Shown: in pieces, positions 20,425 through 31,564 of the stretch
Numbering within the stretch: position 1 is the stretch's first letter
How the letters are laid out: every line of letters starts with the position of its first letter
Source of the DNA: an uncultured Candidatus Entotheonella sp.
GTDB taxonomy: Bacteria > Tectomicrobia > Entotheonellia > Entotheonellales > Entotheonellaceae
Reading direction: 5' to 3'
Length of the DNA stretch: 64,000 bases
NCBI GenBank assembly: GCA_965217185.1
Contig: OZ244252.1
Span: 1,600,001-1,664,000, forward strand
Notes under the pieces: generated by a model
Told to the model about the DNA's origin: nothing
What the model saw: only the letters and a program-made list of their open reading frames with translations
Databases searched by the model: none
Made by a program: the position numbers and the translations under genes

Positions 20425-21705
20425 ATGAGCTCCAGCGTGCTTCGGAAGATCATCAAACCGATTGCCATCCGTGCCTTCATGGCCCGCGAGTGGTGGCAGA
20501 GCGGTGTGACGTACAACCCGCTGTCGCCGAGCGTGTACACGGATCCGTATCCGACCTACGAGCGGCTGCGCGACAAGGACCCCGTGCACTGGAGCCCGAT
20601 GATGGATTCTTGGGTGTTCTCACGCTACAAGCACGTGGACAGCATCCTGCGCGATCACAAACGGTTTTCCAATGATTCCAGCAAGCGCGGCAACCCCAGC
20701 CACATCGACGAGGCGTTTGACCTCCAGAGCCAGCCGAGCATGCTGTTCCGGGATCCGCCGGACCACACGCGGCTGCGCGCTCTGGTGAGTCGTGCGTTCA
20801 CCCCTGCGGTCGTCGAGGGTCTTGCCAGACACATCCGCGCCATCGCCGACGATCTGCTGGACCAGATCGACGATCCCTCCAGCTTTGACCTTATGGAGAC
20901 CATCGCGGCCCCCCTGCCTGTCATCGTCATTGCCGAGTTGCTTGGCGTGCCGGTAGAAGACCGGCCGCAATTCCAGATTTGGTCGCGCCACCGCGCCCGC
21001 GGTCTGGAGCCGAACATCACCGCCGAGGAACGGCGCATGGTCGGTGAAGCGGGTAAGGAGCTCGACGAGTATTTTCTGGGCATCATCGATCAGCGGCGGC
21101 GGGAACCCCAGGACGACCTGATCAGCGCCCTGGTTGCGGCTGAAGAGGCAGGGGACAAGCTTAGCGAGGCGGAATTGCTCGCCATGCTGCGGCTTCTGCT
21201 GGTGGCCGGCAATGAGACGACCACCAAGCTCATCGGCAACGGCATGCTGGCGCTGTTGCGGAACCCCGAGCAACTGGAGGTACTGCGCCAATCGCCGGAC
21301 CTGATGCCTTCCGCCATCGAAGAGTTGCTGCGCTACGACGCTCCCGTGCAGTTGGACATCCGGGTCGCCCTGGAGGACATGGAGTTCAACGGTCGCCACA
21401 TTGCCAAAGGCGAAGGCATCATCGTGCTCCTCGGCTCAGCGAATCGCGACCCGGAGGTTTTCAACGAGCCGGACCGGCTCGATCTCACCCGCCAGGAAGC
21501 CAATCACATCTCCTTCGGACGCGGCATCCACCACTGCCTCGGAGCCTCTCTGGCTCGATTGGAAGGCCGGCTCACCTTCGAGGCCATCATGGAGCGCTTC
21601 GCCGACATTCGCATGCAGACGGACCGACCTGTCTTTAGGGACAACATTATTTTGAGGGGGCTGGAGGTGCTGCCAGTCAACGCGCGGAAGGCCACGCTCA
21701 ACTGA
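20425..21705 (+). CDS. Cytochrome P450
   Basis: DPPDHTRLR, AGNETT, EELLR, ANRDP, FGRGIHHCLG. Confidence 0.95.
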   Translation: MSSSVLRKIIKPIAIRAFMAREWWQSGVTYNPLSPSVYTDPYPTYERLRDKDPVHWSPMMDSWVFSRYKHVDSILRDHKRFSNDSSKRGNPSHIDEAFDLQSQPSMLFRDPPDHTRLRALVSRAFTPAVVEGLARHIRAIADDLLDQIDDPSSFDLMETIAAPLPVIVIAELLGVPVEDRPQFQIWSRHRARGLEPNITAEERRMVGEAGKELDEYFLGIIDQRRREPQDDLISALVAAEEAGDKLSEAELLAMLRLLLVAGNETTTKLIGNGMLALLRNPEQLEVLRQSPDLMPSAIEELLRYDAPVQLDIRVALEDMEFNGRHIAKGEGIIVLLGSANRDPEVFNEPDRLDLTRQEANHISFGRGIHHCLGASLARLEGRLTFEAIMERFADIRMQTDRPVFRDNIILRGLEVLPVNARKATLN

Positions 21706-21797
21706 TCACAGGCGGCAGGTCCCCGAATCGAGTTCAGCGCAGGTTTTGAGCATTCGGAGCTGTGGAATTAGCTTCTGCCAAACCGTCCAGCCATCTA

Positions 21798-22769
21798 TCA
21801 GTTGTAAAGGTGACAGGCCACCATATGGCCGTCGATGTTGGTTTCCTGCGGTTCAATCTCCGAGCATTCCGCTTTGGCGACCGGACAGCGCGGATGGAAG
21901 CGACAACCGCTGGGCGGATTGATGGGTGAAGGGACTTCACCAGGCAGGATGATCTCTTCGCGAGTGATGTCAGGATGGCCTGGAAGCGCCGCTGAGAAGA
22001 GCGCCCGGGTGTACGGATGCAGGGGCTCGGTGAATAACGCTTCCGTGCGGGCTCTTTCGACGATCTTTCCCAGGTACATCACCGCAACTTCGTGGGCCAT
22101 GTAGCGCGTGGTGGCGAGGTGATGGGCAATGAGCAGATAGCTGACGTGATAGGTCTGCTGCAAGTCCACCAACAGGTTCATAATCTGCGCGCGGATGGAC
22201 ACGTCCAGAGCTGAAACCGGTTCATCCAGGATGATCAGCTTGGGATGGGAAATGAGCGCGCTGGCCACGGCAATGCGCTGCCGTTGGCCACCGCTGAATT
22301 CGTGCGGATACAGGTTGGCCTGCTGGGGCCGCAGGCCCACGCTGTCCAAGACCTCCCGGACTCGCGTCGCGATGGCGGCGCGGGACATTTTATGATTGAT
22401 CACCAGGGGTTCCGCCACGATTTGCCGTACCCGCATGCGCGGATTCAGCGACGACCACGGATCTTGAAAGACCGCCTGCACCGCGGCGCGGTATGCTTTC
22501 AAGGCGTTGCCACGCAAGTCATGCACGGGTTGTCCATCAATCAAGATCTCCCCGTCGGTCGGCTCTTCGAGGCGCAGGATCAGTTTGGCTGTCGTCGTCT
22601 TGCCACAACCTGACTCGCCCACGAGCGCCAGCGTTTCCCCTTGCGGCACCGAGAAACTGATGTCGTCCACGGCCTTCACCCAGCCAATGGTCCGCATCAC
22701 CAGTAGACCTCGGGTCACAGGGAAATGCTTCTTGAGGTGGTGCACTTGCAGCAAGGGCGTCTCGCTCAT
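21798..22769 (-). CDS. Peptide/nickel ABC transporter ATPase (OppF-like)
   Basis: [32 protein letters not shown]. Confidence 0.93.
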   Translation of the reverse strand: MSETPLLQVHHLKKHFPVTRGLLVMRTIGWVKAVDDISFSVPQGETLALVGESGCGKTTTAKLILRLEEPTDGEILIDGQPVHDLRGNALKAYRAAVQAVFQDPWSSLNPRMRVRQIVAEPLVINHKMSRAAIATRVREVLDSVGLRPQQANLYPHEFSGGQRQRIAVASALISHPKLIILDEPVSALDVSIRAQIMNLLVDLQQTYHVSYLLIAHHLATTRYMAHEVAVMYLGKIVERARTEALFTEPLHPYTRALFSAALPGHPDITREEIILPGEVPSPINPPSGCRFHPRCPVAKAECSEIEPQETNIDGHMVACHLYN

Positions 22770-23752
22770 ACCTCTTGCAACCTCCAACAATCTGCAGTGT
22801 GGTCCGCTCCAACCGAAAAAGAGGATGGATACGCCTGTTCGCAGCGCGCTTCCGCATAGGGGCAACGGGGCGTAAATCGGCATCCTGGTGGAAGGTCCCA
22901 CAAGGCCGGCGGCTGCCCTTCGATGGCATACAGGCGCTCGGGCCGTTCTTCCATCGTGGGTACGGATTGCAACAGGGCCTGCGTATACGGGTGCGCCGGG
23001 TGATTGAAAATGGCCCGTACGGGTCCGCTTTCCACCACCCGACCAGCGTACATCACCATGACCCGGTCACACATCTTCGCCACGATGCCAAAGTCATGGG
23101 TGATAAAGATAATGGACAGGCCGGTTGCCTCTTGAATTTCCCGCAACAGGCGCAAGTATTGCGCCTGAATGGTCACGTCCAGCGAGGTGGTGGGCTCATC
23201 GGCGATAATCACGTGGGGTTCGCAAGACAGCGCTATGGCGCCCACGACGCGCTGTTTCATGCCGCCGCTCATCTGGTGCGGGTAATCCTCCACACGACGC
23301 TCCGGGGCCGCCACCCTGACTTGCGACAGCGCGTTAATGGCACGCGACAACAGCGTGCGGGCGCTTCCCTTGTGGTGGATCTGGATGGCTTCGAGAAGCT
23401 GATTGCCGATGGTGAAGACGGGGTTCAGGGAGGTCTGGGGATCCTGCAGAATCATCGACAAGCGCCGCCCTCGGATATGCCGCATCTCCCGTTCGCTCTT
23501 GTCGAGGAGGTTCTCGCCCTGCAACAGAACCTTGCCTTGCACGATGCGAGCCACTGGCCGCGGCACCAAGCGCAACAGAGACAGAGCCGTCATGCTCTTG
23601 CCACAGCCGGACTCGCCCACAATCCCCAGCGTTTCGCCCTGGCGCAGGGCAAAACTGACGCCATCAACGGCTTTCACCACGCCCCAGCGTGTAAAGCAAT
23701 AGGTGTGGAGATCCTCGACCTGCAGGACAACGTCGCCGATGTGTCGTGTCAT
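22766..23752 (-). CDS. Peptide/nickel ABC transporter ATPase (OppD-like)
   Basis: [24 protein letters not shown]. Confidence 0.93.
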   Translation of the reverse strand: MTRHIGDVVLQVEDLHTYCFTRWGVVKAVDGVSFALRQGETLGIVGESGCGKSMTALSLLRLVPRPVARIVQGKVLLQGENLLDKSEREMRHIRGRRLSMILQDPQTSLNPVFTIGNQLLEAIQIHHKGSARTLLSRAINALSQVRVAAPERRVEDYPHQMSGGMKQRVVGAIALSCEPHVIIADEPTTSLDVTIQAQYLRLLREIQEATGLSIIFITHDFGIVAKMCDRVMVMYAGRVVESGPVRAIFNHPAHPYTQALLQSVPTMEERPERLYAIEGQPPALWDLPPGCRFTPRCPYAEARCEQAYPSSFSVGADHTADCWRLQEV

Positions 23753-24649
23753 CTAGATATTCCTGAGTTTCGGATCGAGATAGTCACGCAGCCAGTCACC
23801 CAGCAAGTTCAAGGACAGCACGGTCAGCATAATGGCCAATCCCGGAAACATGGCGATCCACCAGGCGACCACAATGAGGTCGCGCCCGTCGGCGATCATC
23901 GAGCCCCAAGTTGGCGTCGGACGTGGGATCCCGGCGCCCAGAAAGCTGAGGGCCGACTCCAGCAGAATGACGGCGCCAATTTGCAGGGTGGCCAGGACGG
24001 TCAGAGTATTGACGACGTTTGGGAAGATGTAACGCAGCATGATGCGGAAATGTGACGCCCCTGCCACCCGCGCTCGGGCGACAAAGTCGCGTTCTCGAAT
24101 ACTCAAGGTCTCACCTCGAACCTGGCGGGCATACCGCGCCCACAGGAGCACCGCCGTGACCGCGACCACGGTGCCAAAGCTGGCTCCGATGGCGGCGACA
24201 AACACCAAGGCCAGCAAAATAACCGGTAACCCGAGGGAGATATCCACCAGACGCATGATCAGGGCATCCAGCCTGCCGCCAAAATACCCGGCTATGAGCC
24301 CGAGCGCGGTGCCGATGGTGCCGCTTACCAGGATGGCTACCACAGACACCGCCAAGGAGATCCTGGCCCCATAGATGATACGGCTGAGGACGTCACGTCC
24401 CACCTTATCCGTGCCCAAGGGATGGGTGATCGTGCCGCCCTGCACCCACACCGGCGGCTTCAGACGCGCCCGCAGGGAGCCCCTGACGGGACTGTGGGGC
24501 GCCAGATACGGCGCAAAGAGGCCAGGCAGTACCAGGAGAAACAGCAGAATAAACAAGGGGATGCCGGGAAACCGCCGGGCCGGCGCAACCGCCCGTACGG
24601 TCTCGTCCGGCGTTGATCTGGGAACGCTTTCCGGCAGGACTTGCGCCAT
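23753..24649 (-). CDS. ABC transporter permease (OppC/DppC-like)
   Basis: [23 protein letters not shown]. Confidence 0.92.
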   Translation of the reverse strand: MAQVLPESVPRSTPDETVRAVAPARRFPGIPLFILLFLLVLPGLFAPYLAPHSPVRGSLRARLKPPVWVQGGTITHPLGTDKVGRDVLSRIIYGARISLAVSVVAILVSGTIGTALGLIAGYFGGRLDALIMRLVDISLGLPVILLALVFVAAIGASFGTVVAVTAVLLWARYARQVRGETLSIRERDFVARARVAGASHFRIMLRYIFPNVVNTLTVLATLQIGAVILLESALSFLGAGIPRPTPTWGSMIADGRDLIVVAWWIAMFPGLAIMLTVLSLNLLGDWLRDYLDPKLRNI

Positions 24650-24687
24650 GCGACGTTACCTCTTATCGAAGTGGGCCAGCCCCTTCA

Positions 24688-25608
24688 CTACTGATAACGG
24701 ATGCGTGGATCGAGGTAGGCATAGAGAATATCCACGATCAGATTGGCAAACAGGAAGACAGCCGCAAAAATGATTACAATGGCCTGCACGACCTGGAAAT
24801 CCCTCGCCTGGACTGCCTCCAGCGCCAGTCGTCCGGTACCCGGCCAGACAAAGACGTTCTCGATTACCACCGAGCCCGTCATCAAGACCCCGGCATTGAT
24901 CGCAAAGTACGTCAGAGGCACGATCGCCGCGTTGCGTAGACAGTGCTTCCAGACCACCTTCCATTCGGAAAGGCCCTTGATGCGGGTCAATTTGACATAT
25001 TCGCTATCCAACACGTCCAGCATGGCCGAGCGCACCAGGCGCGTGATGACGGCGACTTGGAACCACCCCAGGGAGACGGCAGGCAGGATCAGGCGGGCAA
25101 TCCCACCGCGTCCCGAAGTCGGCAGCCAACCCAATATGACGGCGAAAATCCACATCAGGATAATGCCCAACCAAAAGGATGGAAGCGATTGGCCAAGCAG
25201 CGCGACTATTTTCCCCACCGAATCGAAAAGCGTATCCCTCTTCACCGCGGACAACACCCCGATCGGCAGCGCCAGCACAATGCTGATGACAATGGCTACC
25301 CCCGCCAGTTCCAGGGTCGCCGGCAGGCGTTCGAGCACCAGACCCATGGCGGTATGACCCTGCCATTTCCATGAATTGCCAAAATCTCCGCGTACCGCTT
25401 TGCTGAGGAAAACGAGGTACTGGGTATGCAGCGGCTTGTCCAGGCCCCAGTTTTTCCTGATCGTTTCGCGTTCTTCCAAGGTCGCTTCGATTGGCAACAA
25501 GGCATCGATCGGGTCCCCGGTGACGCGGGCCAGACCGAACACGATGATGCTCATCACCCAAAGCGCCAGCAGACTCTGCAGAAGGCGTATGACAATGTAA
25601 CGCTGCAT
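24688..25608 (-). CDS. ABC transporter permease (OppB/DppB-like)
   Basis: GDFGNS, RLPATLEL, KGL, VIENVF, DILYAYLDPRI. Confidence 0.92.
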   Translation of the reverse strand: MQRYIVIRLLQSLLALWVMSIIVFGLARVTGDPIDALLPIEATLEERETIRKNWGLDKPLHTQYLVFLSKAVRGDFGNSWKWQGHTAMGLVLERLPATLELAGVAIVISIVLALPIGVLSAVKRDTLFDSVGKIVALLGQSLPSFWLGIILMWIFAVILGWLPTSGRGGIARLILPAVSLGWFQVAVITRLVRSAMLDVLDSEYVKLTRIKGLSEWKVVWKHCLRNAAIVPLTYFAINAGVLMTGSVVIENVFVWPGTGRLALEAVQARDFQVVQAIVIIFAAVFLFANLIVDILYAYLDPRIRYQ

Positions 25609-25642
25609 ACCCGCTCTCCTCAGCCTCTCCGCCTTAGATACC

Positions 25643-27349
25643 CTATCTACACGGCTGTTCCTGCTTGCACGCGGTGATACGCCAGGTGTGACCGATGTCG
25701 CCGCCGTCCCAGCCGGGGAAAGCCCAGTCGTCCACGATATTGGGGTCCACCACCACCTCGATGAAGACGTTGAAGAGGGGGATGATCTCGAAATTTTCAA
25801 ATTTGTAGTTGCCGATCTTACGCAGCAGGACGTCTCGCTCGGCGGGATCGGAGAGTTGCTTCAGTTCCTCCCACATGCCGTAAATTTCATCCGTCTCAAA
25901 TTGGTGTATGCCAGCCTTGCCGGCATTGAAGACGGCAATCTGCGCTTCCACGGCTTTCTTGGATGGCGGCACCGCCGCGAGATAGCCGTGGGCTTTCCGG
26001 GCGCGCCAGGTCGGCGCAATCGTGGACACCAGGTCCGCCTCTACCAATTCCAATTCAATCCCCACGTCGAGCAGTTGAATCTGTACCGCTTCGACGAGCG
26101 AAATGAGTTCAGGCGCGCCGGCAAAGGGGAACAACCACGCCTTGGCCTCAAAGCCATTAGGATAGCCGGCCTCTCTCAGCAAGCGTTGTGCGGCCTGCGG
26201 ATCGTAGCCGTACATCTCCGGGAAGCGTTGCTCCCAGGTGGGGTCCCAGCCGGGCAAGTCGGGGTAGAAGCCGTGTACGTACATGTAATCCGCTCTGTTC
26301 TTGTACAGCACCTCGAGCAATTCTTCGCGGTTAATGGCTTTGTTCATGGCCTGGCGCACTTTTTTCTTGGTAAACGGATTGTTGGGGTCCAGTTTGCCGG
26401 TGATGCCGCCGTGTTCCGTGTAGCGCTCGGTCTGCGGGTCCTCCGTGCCAAAGTAGAGCCCGCCGAAGATGATCTGTATCTGCTGTGCCGTCCCGCGGCT
26501 GCGAACCAGCTTGTATCCCCCGGCGACCAATTGGTCCACGAGGTCCTTGTTGAGCTCTGTCAGCTGCGTTTCTCCCGCCAGCAATTGGGCATAGCGCGTT
26601 GATTCCTCGATGGTCCAGGTCATCATGAGTTCTTTCCAGTCCACCACGCCGTGTTTCCAATGCGGTGTCGGCGCCCGTTCGTACAGCACGTACTGGCCTA
26701 ATTTGCGTTCCTTGAACTCGTACGGCCCGGTCCCGGCCGGCTTGCGCTCGTAGCCCATTTCGCCTTCTTTGTCCCACTGCGCCTTGCTGAACATCATGAC
26801 GTTGGCCGCTTCCGAGTAGTAAAAATCGAAGTCCAGGCACGGCTCCTTGCAGTGCATCAACACCTCGTGGTCATTGATCACCTCGACGCGCTCAACCGTG
26901 CAAATGCCCGTCCGGTAGGCGCTTGATGGGGGATCGGCACGACCCGGGTAGTCGTCCTGGCACCACAGCGCGTGGTTATGCACCACGTCTCTGGCGGTAA
27001 ATTCACCGTAGTCCTGATGATAGTGCACCCCCTCCTGCAGCTTCACCCGCCACAAGCGGCCATCCGGGGTCATCTCCCAGCTTTTCGCCAGCCACGGGAC
27101 ATACTGGCCTGTATCCGGGTCGATCTCAATGAGCCATTCCAGGATCGGGTCATGCTGGATATTGTGGTCGGGCGTGCCGCTGATCCAGGCGCGAAAGTAA
27201 TCCCGGAAGGGATTGATGAGACCGATCACCAAGCGATCCACTTTCGCCTCGCCGGGTTGCGCCTGGGCATTGCCTCCCAGGAACGTCAGGCTCAGCACCA
27301 TCAGGACCATGAACAACCCAGCAGATTGCCGAAACCGTGCTTGCCTCAT
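25643..27349 (-). CDS. ABC substrate-binding protein, family 5
   Basis: Signal peptide; PWLAKSWE, FTARDV, GTGPY, VRQAMNKAINR, YDPQAAQRLL. Confidence 0.9.
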   Translation of the reverse strand: MRQARFRQSAGLFMVLMVLSLTFLGGNAQAQPGEAKVDRLVIGLINPFRDYFRAWISGTPDHNIQHDPILEWLIEIDPDTGQYVPWLAKSWEMTPDGRLWRVKLQEGVHYHQDYGEFTARDVVHNHALWCQDDYPGRADPPSSAYRTGICTVERVEVINDHEVLMHCKEPCLDFDFYYSEAANVMMFSKAQWDKEGEMGYERKPAGTGPYEFKERKLGQYVLYERAPTPHWKHGVVDWKELMMTWTIEESTRYAQLLAGETQLTELNKDLVDQLVAGGYKLVRSRGTAQQIQIIFGGLYFGTEDPQTERYTEHGGITGKLDPNNPFTKKKVRQAMNKAINREELLEVLYKNRADYMYVHGFYPDLPGWDPTWEQRFPEMYGYDPQAAQRLLREAGYPNGFEAKAWLFPFAGAPELISLVEAVQIQLLDVGIELELVEADLVSTIAPTWRARKAHGYLAAVPPSKKAVEAQIAVFNAGKAGIHQFETDEIYGMWEELKQLSDPAERDVLLRKIGNYKFENFEIIPLFNVFIEVVVDPNIVDDWAFPGWDGGDIGHTWRITACKQEQPCR

Positions 27350-27746
27350 GATGACACCTCCACCTAGCTCAGGTGCTTTCTCCAGGGAGTGATTACCCAC
27401 GGCCGAGAACATGCGTTGCATGCTCTCGTACTGCGGGTCGGGCGACGCGGACGACCACCAGATGATGTCTTGCGGGCGGCATTGTAGCGTTGAAGATAAT
27501 CGCAAACAAATCAAACATAGACACTCTGGCCGTGTGGCGGGCGTCCTGGGCAACTTTACCTCGGGGCTCAAACCACGTCGGGCACCATCGCGGGACTACG
27601 TGCCGGATGAAAAAGGCACCGGTATTCGCCGCGGCTGAAAATGAGCGCCAGGGACGTCCCATGAACTGCACAACGGCGCGGTCAATATACGCTGCTGCCT
27701 TTCTCACGGCAGATTATCCACGGACGTATCACCCCCCATCTCAGTC

Positions 27747-28232
27747 TCAGTCACACATGTAGAGAAGGTCGATCGTGAGGTGGGTGTCGTCCGTTTCGCC
27801 GACGTCGACCTTCACTTCCTTCCAGCGCGGTTTGCGCCATAGACGCCTGGGGTCCATGTTGTTACTGAAGCCGACGCCGTCGTACGGCTTGCCAAATGCA
27901 CAGGTGACGGAACGGGCATCGCCATCGCTGTCGCGGTCATGGTGCAGCACCACCGAATAAGTCCCTGTCGGGAGGTCGCTGAAGGCAAATGTTACGGGGT
28001 CAGCGTTTTGGAGCGGCTGCTGCGCCGGTAAATCATCCCGTTTCCGGTTCAGATACGTGTGCCCGTTTTCGCCGTCGTGATCGTAGCAATCCGGGTTGTC
28101 GCATAAATTGACGATGAGCACCCCAAGGCGGCCCTCCGCATCCGGGGTCAAGTTCGGGATCTGCACCTGCAACTGCCCGGCGTACGCCGTTACGGCAACG
28201 AGTAACATGCCTGTAATCCACCAGCTTTTCAT
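27747..28232 (-). CDS. DUF2141-family exported protein
   Basis: Signal peptide; LPTGTYSV..HDRDSDG..P.DGVGFSNN. Confidence 0.7.
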   Translation of the reverse strand: MKSWWITGMLLVAVTAYAGQLQVQIPNLTPDAEGRLGVLIVNLCDNPDCYDHDGENGHTYLNRKRDDLPAQQPLQNADPVTFAFSDLPTGTYSVVLHHDRDSDGDARSVTCAFGKPYDGVGFSNNMDPRRLWRKPRWKEVKVDVGETDDTHLTIDLLYMCD

Positions 28233-29167
28233 GTCTGCTCTCCTTTCTGGCGCTGATAGCCGTCCATGACCACCAGGGAGGCATAAATCGTCTCGTTGAC
28301 CGGCGTCGGAACCCCCAAACGCCGGCCATGCCTCACCACCGCGCCATTGATAGCCTCGATTTCCGTGCGTCGGCGATGCTGAAAATCGACCGCCATGGAG
28401 GCGCTTCCCAGTTCGCCCTCCGCATCCAGATACGCCAGAATTTGCGTCGCGCTATCGGCGGCCAAGGCCACCCTCGCGGCGCGTGCCACGGCGGCTGCCT
28501 CCTCCATGACGTAGGTATATACGGTGCGGGTCGGCTGCCGAGCCAGAAGCTGGTTAGGCGAAAGACCCGTGAGGGCGGAGAGGCCGGCAAAGGCGCTGAT
28601 CAGCACCAGTTTCTCCCACAGACTCTTGCGGATGCCCGGCGACACCACCGCAGGGATGTCGGCACTCTCCAGCAGGGTGCGTATTGGTTCGAGCGCTGCG
28701 TCGCCCTGCGCATCGAGGCTGCCGAATTCGATCGCGCGGTCGCGGGTCGGCTGTTCGATAACGCCCGGTTCGACGAGCGTCGAACCGATCCGTGTGATGC
28801 CGGCCAGTACCGTGCCGCGGCCGAAGGCTTGTTGCAAATCGGTAGGGGTATCGACCCCGTTCTGTAAGGTCAACAGGATGGTGTTCGGCCCCACCACGGG
28901 CTGCAAGAGCGCCGCTGCGTCGGCGGCGCCGTACGTTTTCACACAGAACAGCACGAAATCGGCCTCGGGCATGCCGGCCGGATCGGCGCATGCCTGAACA
29001 ACCGGCAAAGTGAAATCACCATTGACGCTCTGCACCGTGAGGCCGCGCTCCTGCAGCGCTTGCAAGTTCGCGCCTCGGGCGATGAAGGTCACGTCGCCGC
29101 CGGCTCGTGCCAGCAGGGCGCCGAAGTAGCCGCCCAAGCCACCGGTTCCCATAATCACAATGCGCAT
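28229..29167 (-). CDS. panE: 2-dehydropantoate 2-reductase (PanE/ApbA family)
   Basis: GTGGLGGYFG, CVK, LQNGV, WEK, SM..D....R.TE...ING. Confidence 0.85.
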   Translation of the reverse strand: MRIVIMGTGGLGGYFGALLARAGGDVTFIARGANLQALQERGLTVQSVNGDFTLPVVQACADPAGMPEADFVLFCVKTYGAADAAALLQPVVGPNTILLTLQNGVDTPTDLQQAFGRGTVLAGITRIGSTLVEPGVIEQPTRDRAIEFGSLDAQGDAALEPIRTLLESADIPAVVSPGIRKSLWEKLVLISAFAGLSALTGLSPNQLLARQPTRTVYTYVMEEAAAVARAARVALAADSATQILAYLDAEGELGSASMAVDFQHRRRTEIEAINGAVVRHGRRLGVPTPVNETIYASLVVMDGYQRQKGEQT

Positions 29168-29196
29168 GGATGGTTCCTGCTTCGACGTTATCGGAT

Positions 29197-29230
29197 TGTC
29201 GGATTACGCCTGCGGCTAATCCGACCTACA
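29197..29230. repeat. REP-like GTAG hairpin
   Basis: TGTCGGATTACGCCTGCGGCTAATCCGACCTAC; its GTAG provides the stop codon of the adjacent gene. Confidence 0.75.
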
Positions 29231-29903
29231 CGTTGTCCGTTTCCCATTCCGCGACAAACCGTCGGGTATGCTTGGGTGCGGCGGATCCCAACCGGGCCAC
29301 CTCGGCACGCAGGCGCTCGAATTCTACCGGCGTGTCCACGTCGTACCAAGCCGCCAGCGACGTGGCTTCCAGGCCCAATCTCGCGGCGCGACGCAGGGTC
29401 TCGTCATATACCTGCGGCGTACTCCACGGCATGGAATCAAACAATTCAGGATGCAACCGCCGAAGGCCGATCAGGTAGTAGCCGCCGTCGTCGCTCGGTC
29501 CCAGTACCACGTCGGCGGCGGGCGCCGAGAGGGCATCGAGAGCCCGTTGCAGGTTTTCCGTGGGTAGGGTGGGCGAATCGCTGTCGGTGGCCATGACCGC
29601 TTCGTGACCCCTATCGAATAGCTGCTGAAAAGTGGAGCTCAGCCGGGCGGACAAGCTATCACCAACCTGCGGTAGCAGCAGAAAATCGGGCGCTAGTTGC
29701 GCAAAAAAGGGACGGCTTTCCGCCGGCGAGTATGCGATGACCGGAGTGGCATTGTGCAGCGACCTGACCTGGCTGATCCTGTCGCGCAGAAAACCGTCGT
29801 ACAACGCCGCAATGTCACTGTCCGAGAGGAGCGGGCGCAGGCGGGTTTTCACGGCACCCGGCACCGGCTGCTTGGCCATGATGGCAACGGCAATCGATGT
29901 CAT
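29226..29903 (-). CDS. DUF2064/TIGR04282-type glycosyltransferase
   Basis: MAK.P.PG.VKTRL, DSDSPTLP, LGPSDDGGYYLIG, MPWST, DVDT. Confidence 0.85.
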   Translation of the reverse strand: MTSIAVAIMAKQPVPGAVKTRLRPLLSDSDIAALYDGFLRDRISQVRSLHNATPVIAYSPAESRPFFAQLAPDFLLLPQVGDSLSARLSSTFQQLFDRGHEAVMATDSDSPTLPTENLQRALDALSAPAADVVLGPSDDGGYYLIGLRRLHPELFDSMPWSTPQVYDETLRRAARLGLEATSLAAWYDVDTPVEFERLRAEVARLGSAAPKHTRRFVAEWETDNV

Positions 29904-29979
29904 CGTGGAACTTCCTTTGCCAGTGGCTGGCATTTTGCCTTTACTGGCCACTATGCACTGATCACTAACCACTGTCTTT

Positions 29980-31533
29980 TCACCGGCCTCGCTGCCAGTT
30001 GAGCCACTTGCCCATGATCTTCCGCACCACGGGGGTGAGGCGCGTGCGGTTGTAGAGGTCGCCCGTTTTGCGCACCGCTTCGGCCTGCGTGGGGTATGGA
30101 AGGATGACCTTGGAAATTTTGCCCAATCCCAGGCCGTGGGTCATCGCCGTGGCGTAGATACCGATCATGTCGCCGGCATTGCGCGCCACAATGGTGGCGC
30201 CCAGGATCGTGTCGCCACCCTTCTTGACGTGCACCTTGGCGAATCCCTCGTCGTCGCCGTCGAGGATGGCCCGGTCAACGTCGTCAAAGGGCTGCGTGAA
30301 GGTGTCGATGGCGGTGCCGGCTGCCGCCGCGGTCGCCTCGGTCAGGCCGACGTGGGCGATCTGCGGCTCGGTGTAGGTGCACCAGGGAATGGTTAGCGCC
30401 GATGCCTTCTGGCGTCCCTTGAACAGGGCGTTGGCGATGACGATGCGGGCCATGAAATCGGCGGCGTGGGTGAACTGGAACCGCGAGCACACGTCGCCGG
30501 CCGCAAAGACGTGCGGGTTGCTGGTACGCAGGTTGTCGTCCACCTGCACACCCCGCGGCGTGTAGGTCACCCCTGCGGCATCCAGGCCAAGGCCGTCGAC
30601 GTTTGCCGTGCGGCCGGCGGAGACGACGATGGTGTCCACCCCCACCTCGCGGTTGTTGCCGGGGCCGTCCTTGTAGCGCAGCACCTTGTCCTCGCCCTTG
30701 ACCTCGACGGCGAACAGCGACGCCGACAGGGCCAGTTCGACACCATCGCGCAGCATCGATTCCTGCACGAGGTGCGCGGCGTCGGCGTCTTCCCGGTTGA
30801 GCACGTGGTCGCCGGTGTGAATAAGGGTGACTCGCGAACCCAGCCGGCGGAACGTCTGGGCCAATTCGCAGCCGATCGGCCCGCCGCCGATGACGGCCAG
30901 CCGCGCTGGACGCTCCGTCAGGCTGAACACCGTTTCGTTGGTGAGGTATCCGGCTTCGACCAACCCCTCCACCGGCGGCGCCACGGCTCGGCCGCCAGTG
31001 GCGATTACCGCCTTGGCGAACCGCAGCGTCTGTCCGCCAACCTCGATTTGCCGCGGCCCGGTGAATCGCCCTTCGCCGAGGAACACGTCAACGCCCGCCT
31101 CACTGTAGCGCTTCACCGAATCGTTGCGACTGATCTGCGCCCGCAGCCGCCGCATGCGAGCCATGACGGCCCCGAAATCCACCGTCGCTTCGCCGTTCGG
31201 CTGCACGCCGTAGTGCGGCGCGTCGCGCACGTCGGCCCATGCCGAGGCGGCGCGAATGATGCCCTTGCTGGGCACGCAGCCATAATTCAGGCAGTCGCCG
31301 CCCATCAGGTGCTTCTCGATCAGCGCCACCCGCGCACCCAGCCCGGCGGAGCCGATGGCCGATACCAGACCTGCGGTTCCCGCGCCCAACACCACCAGGT
31401 TGTACGGGTTGTTCGGAGCGGGGTTCTCATAATCCGCAGGATGCGTGTTGGCCAGCAGGTGCAGGTTGTGCTCGTCGGCGGGTGACACCTCGACAGCGGT
31501 AGCGCCGGTGGGTTGAGCGGATTCGGGAGCCAT
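29980..31533 (-). CDS. Class I pyridine nucleotide-disulfide oxidoreductase (MerA/LPD-like)
   Basis: GAGTAG, GGDCLNYGCVPSK, GGGPIGCE, FAAGDV; no HMA domain and no C-terminal Cys-Cys. Confidence 0.88.
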   Translation of the reverse strand: MAPESAQPTGATAVEVSPADEHNLHLLANTHPADYENPAPNNPYNLVVLGAGTAGLVSAIGSAGLGARVALIEKHLMGGDCLNYGCVPSKGIIRAASAWADVRDAPHYGVQPNGEATVDFGAVMARMRRLRAQISRNDSVKRYSEAGVDVFLGEGRFTGPRQIEVGGQTLRFAKAVIATGGRAVAPPVEGLVEAGYLTNETVFSLTERPARLAVIGGGPIGCELAQTFRRLGSRVTLIHTGDHVLNREDADAAHLVQESMLRDGVELALSASLFAVEVKGEDKVLRYKDGPGNNREVGVDTIVVSAGRTANVDGLGLDAAGVTYTPRGVQVDDNLRTSNPHVFAAGDVCSRFQFTHAADFMARIVIANALFKGRQKASALTIPWCTYTEPQIAHVGLTEATAAAAGTAIDTFTQPFDDVDRAILDGDDEGFAKVHVKKGGDTILGATIVARNAGDMIGIYATAMTHGLGLGKISKVILPYPTQAEAVRKTGDLYNRTRLTPVVRKIMGKWLNWQRGR

Positions 31534-31564
31534 GTTCGCGTCCTCCTGTTTTTCCGGTGCCGGG

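Noticed and set aside
27350..27746. Riboswitch or small ORF upstream of the ABC binding protein
   Set aside because: Only a plausible promoter (TTGTTT-17-TACAAT) and one hairpin; no recognisable aptamer consensus.
29980..31533. Mercuric reductase merA
   Set aside because: No HMA domain, no C-terminal Cys-Cys and no mer operon genes.
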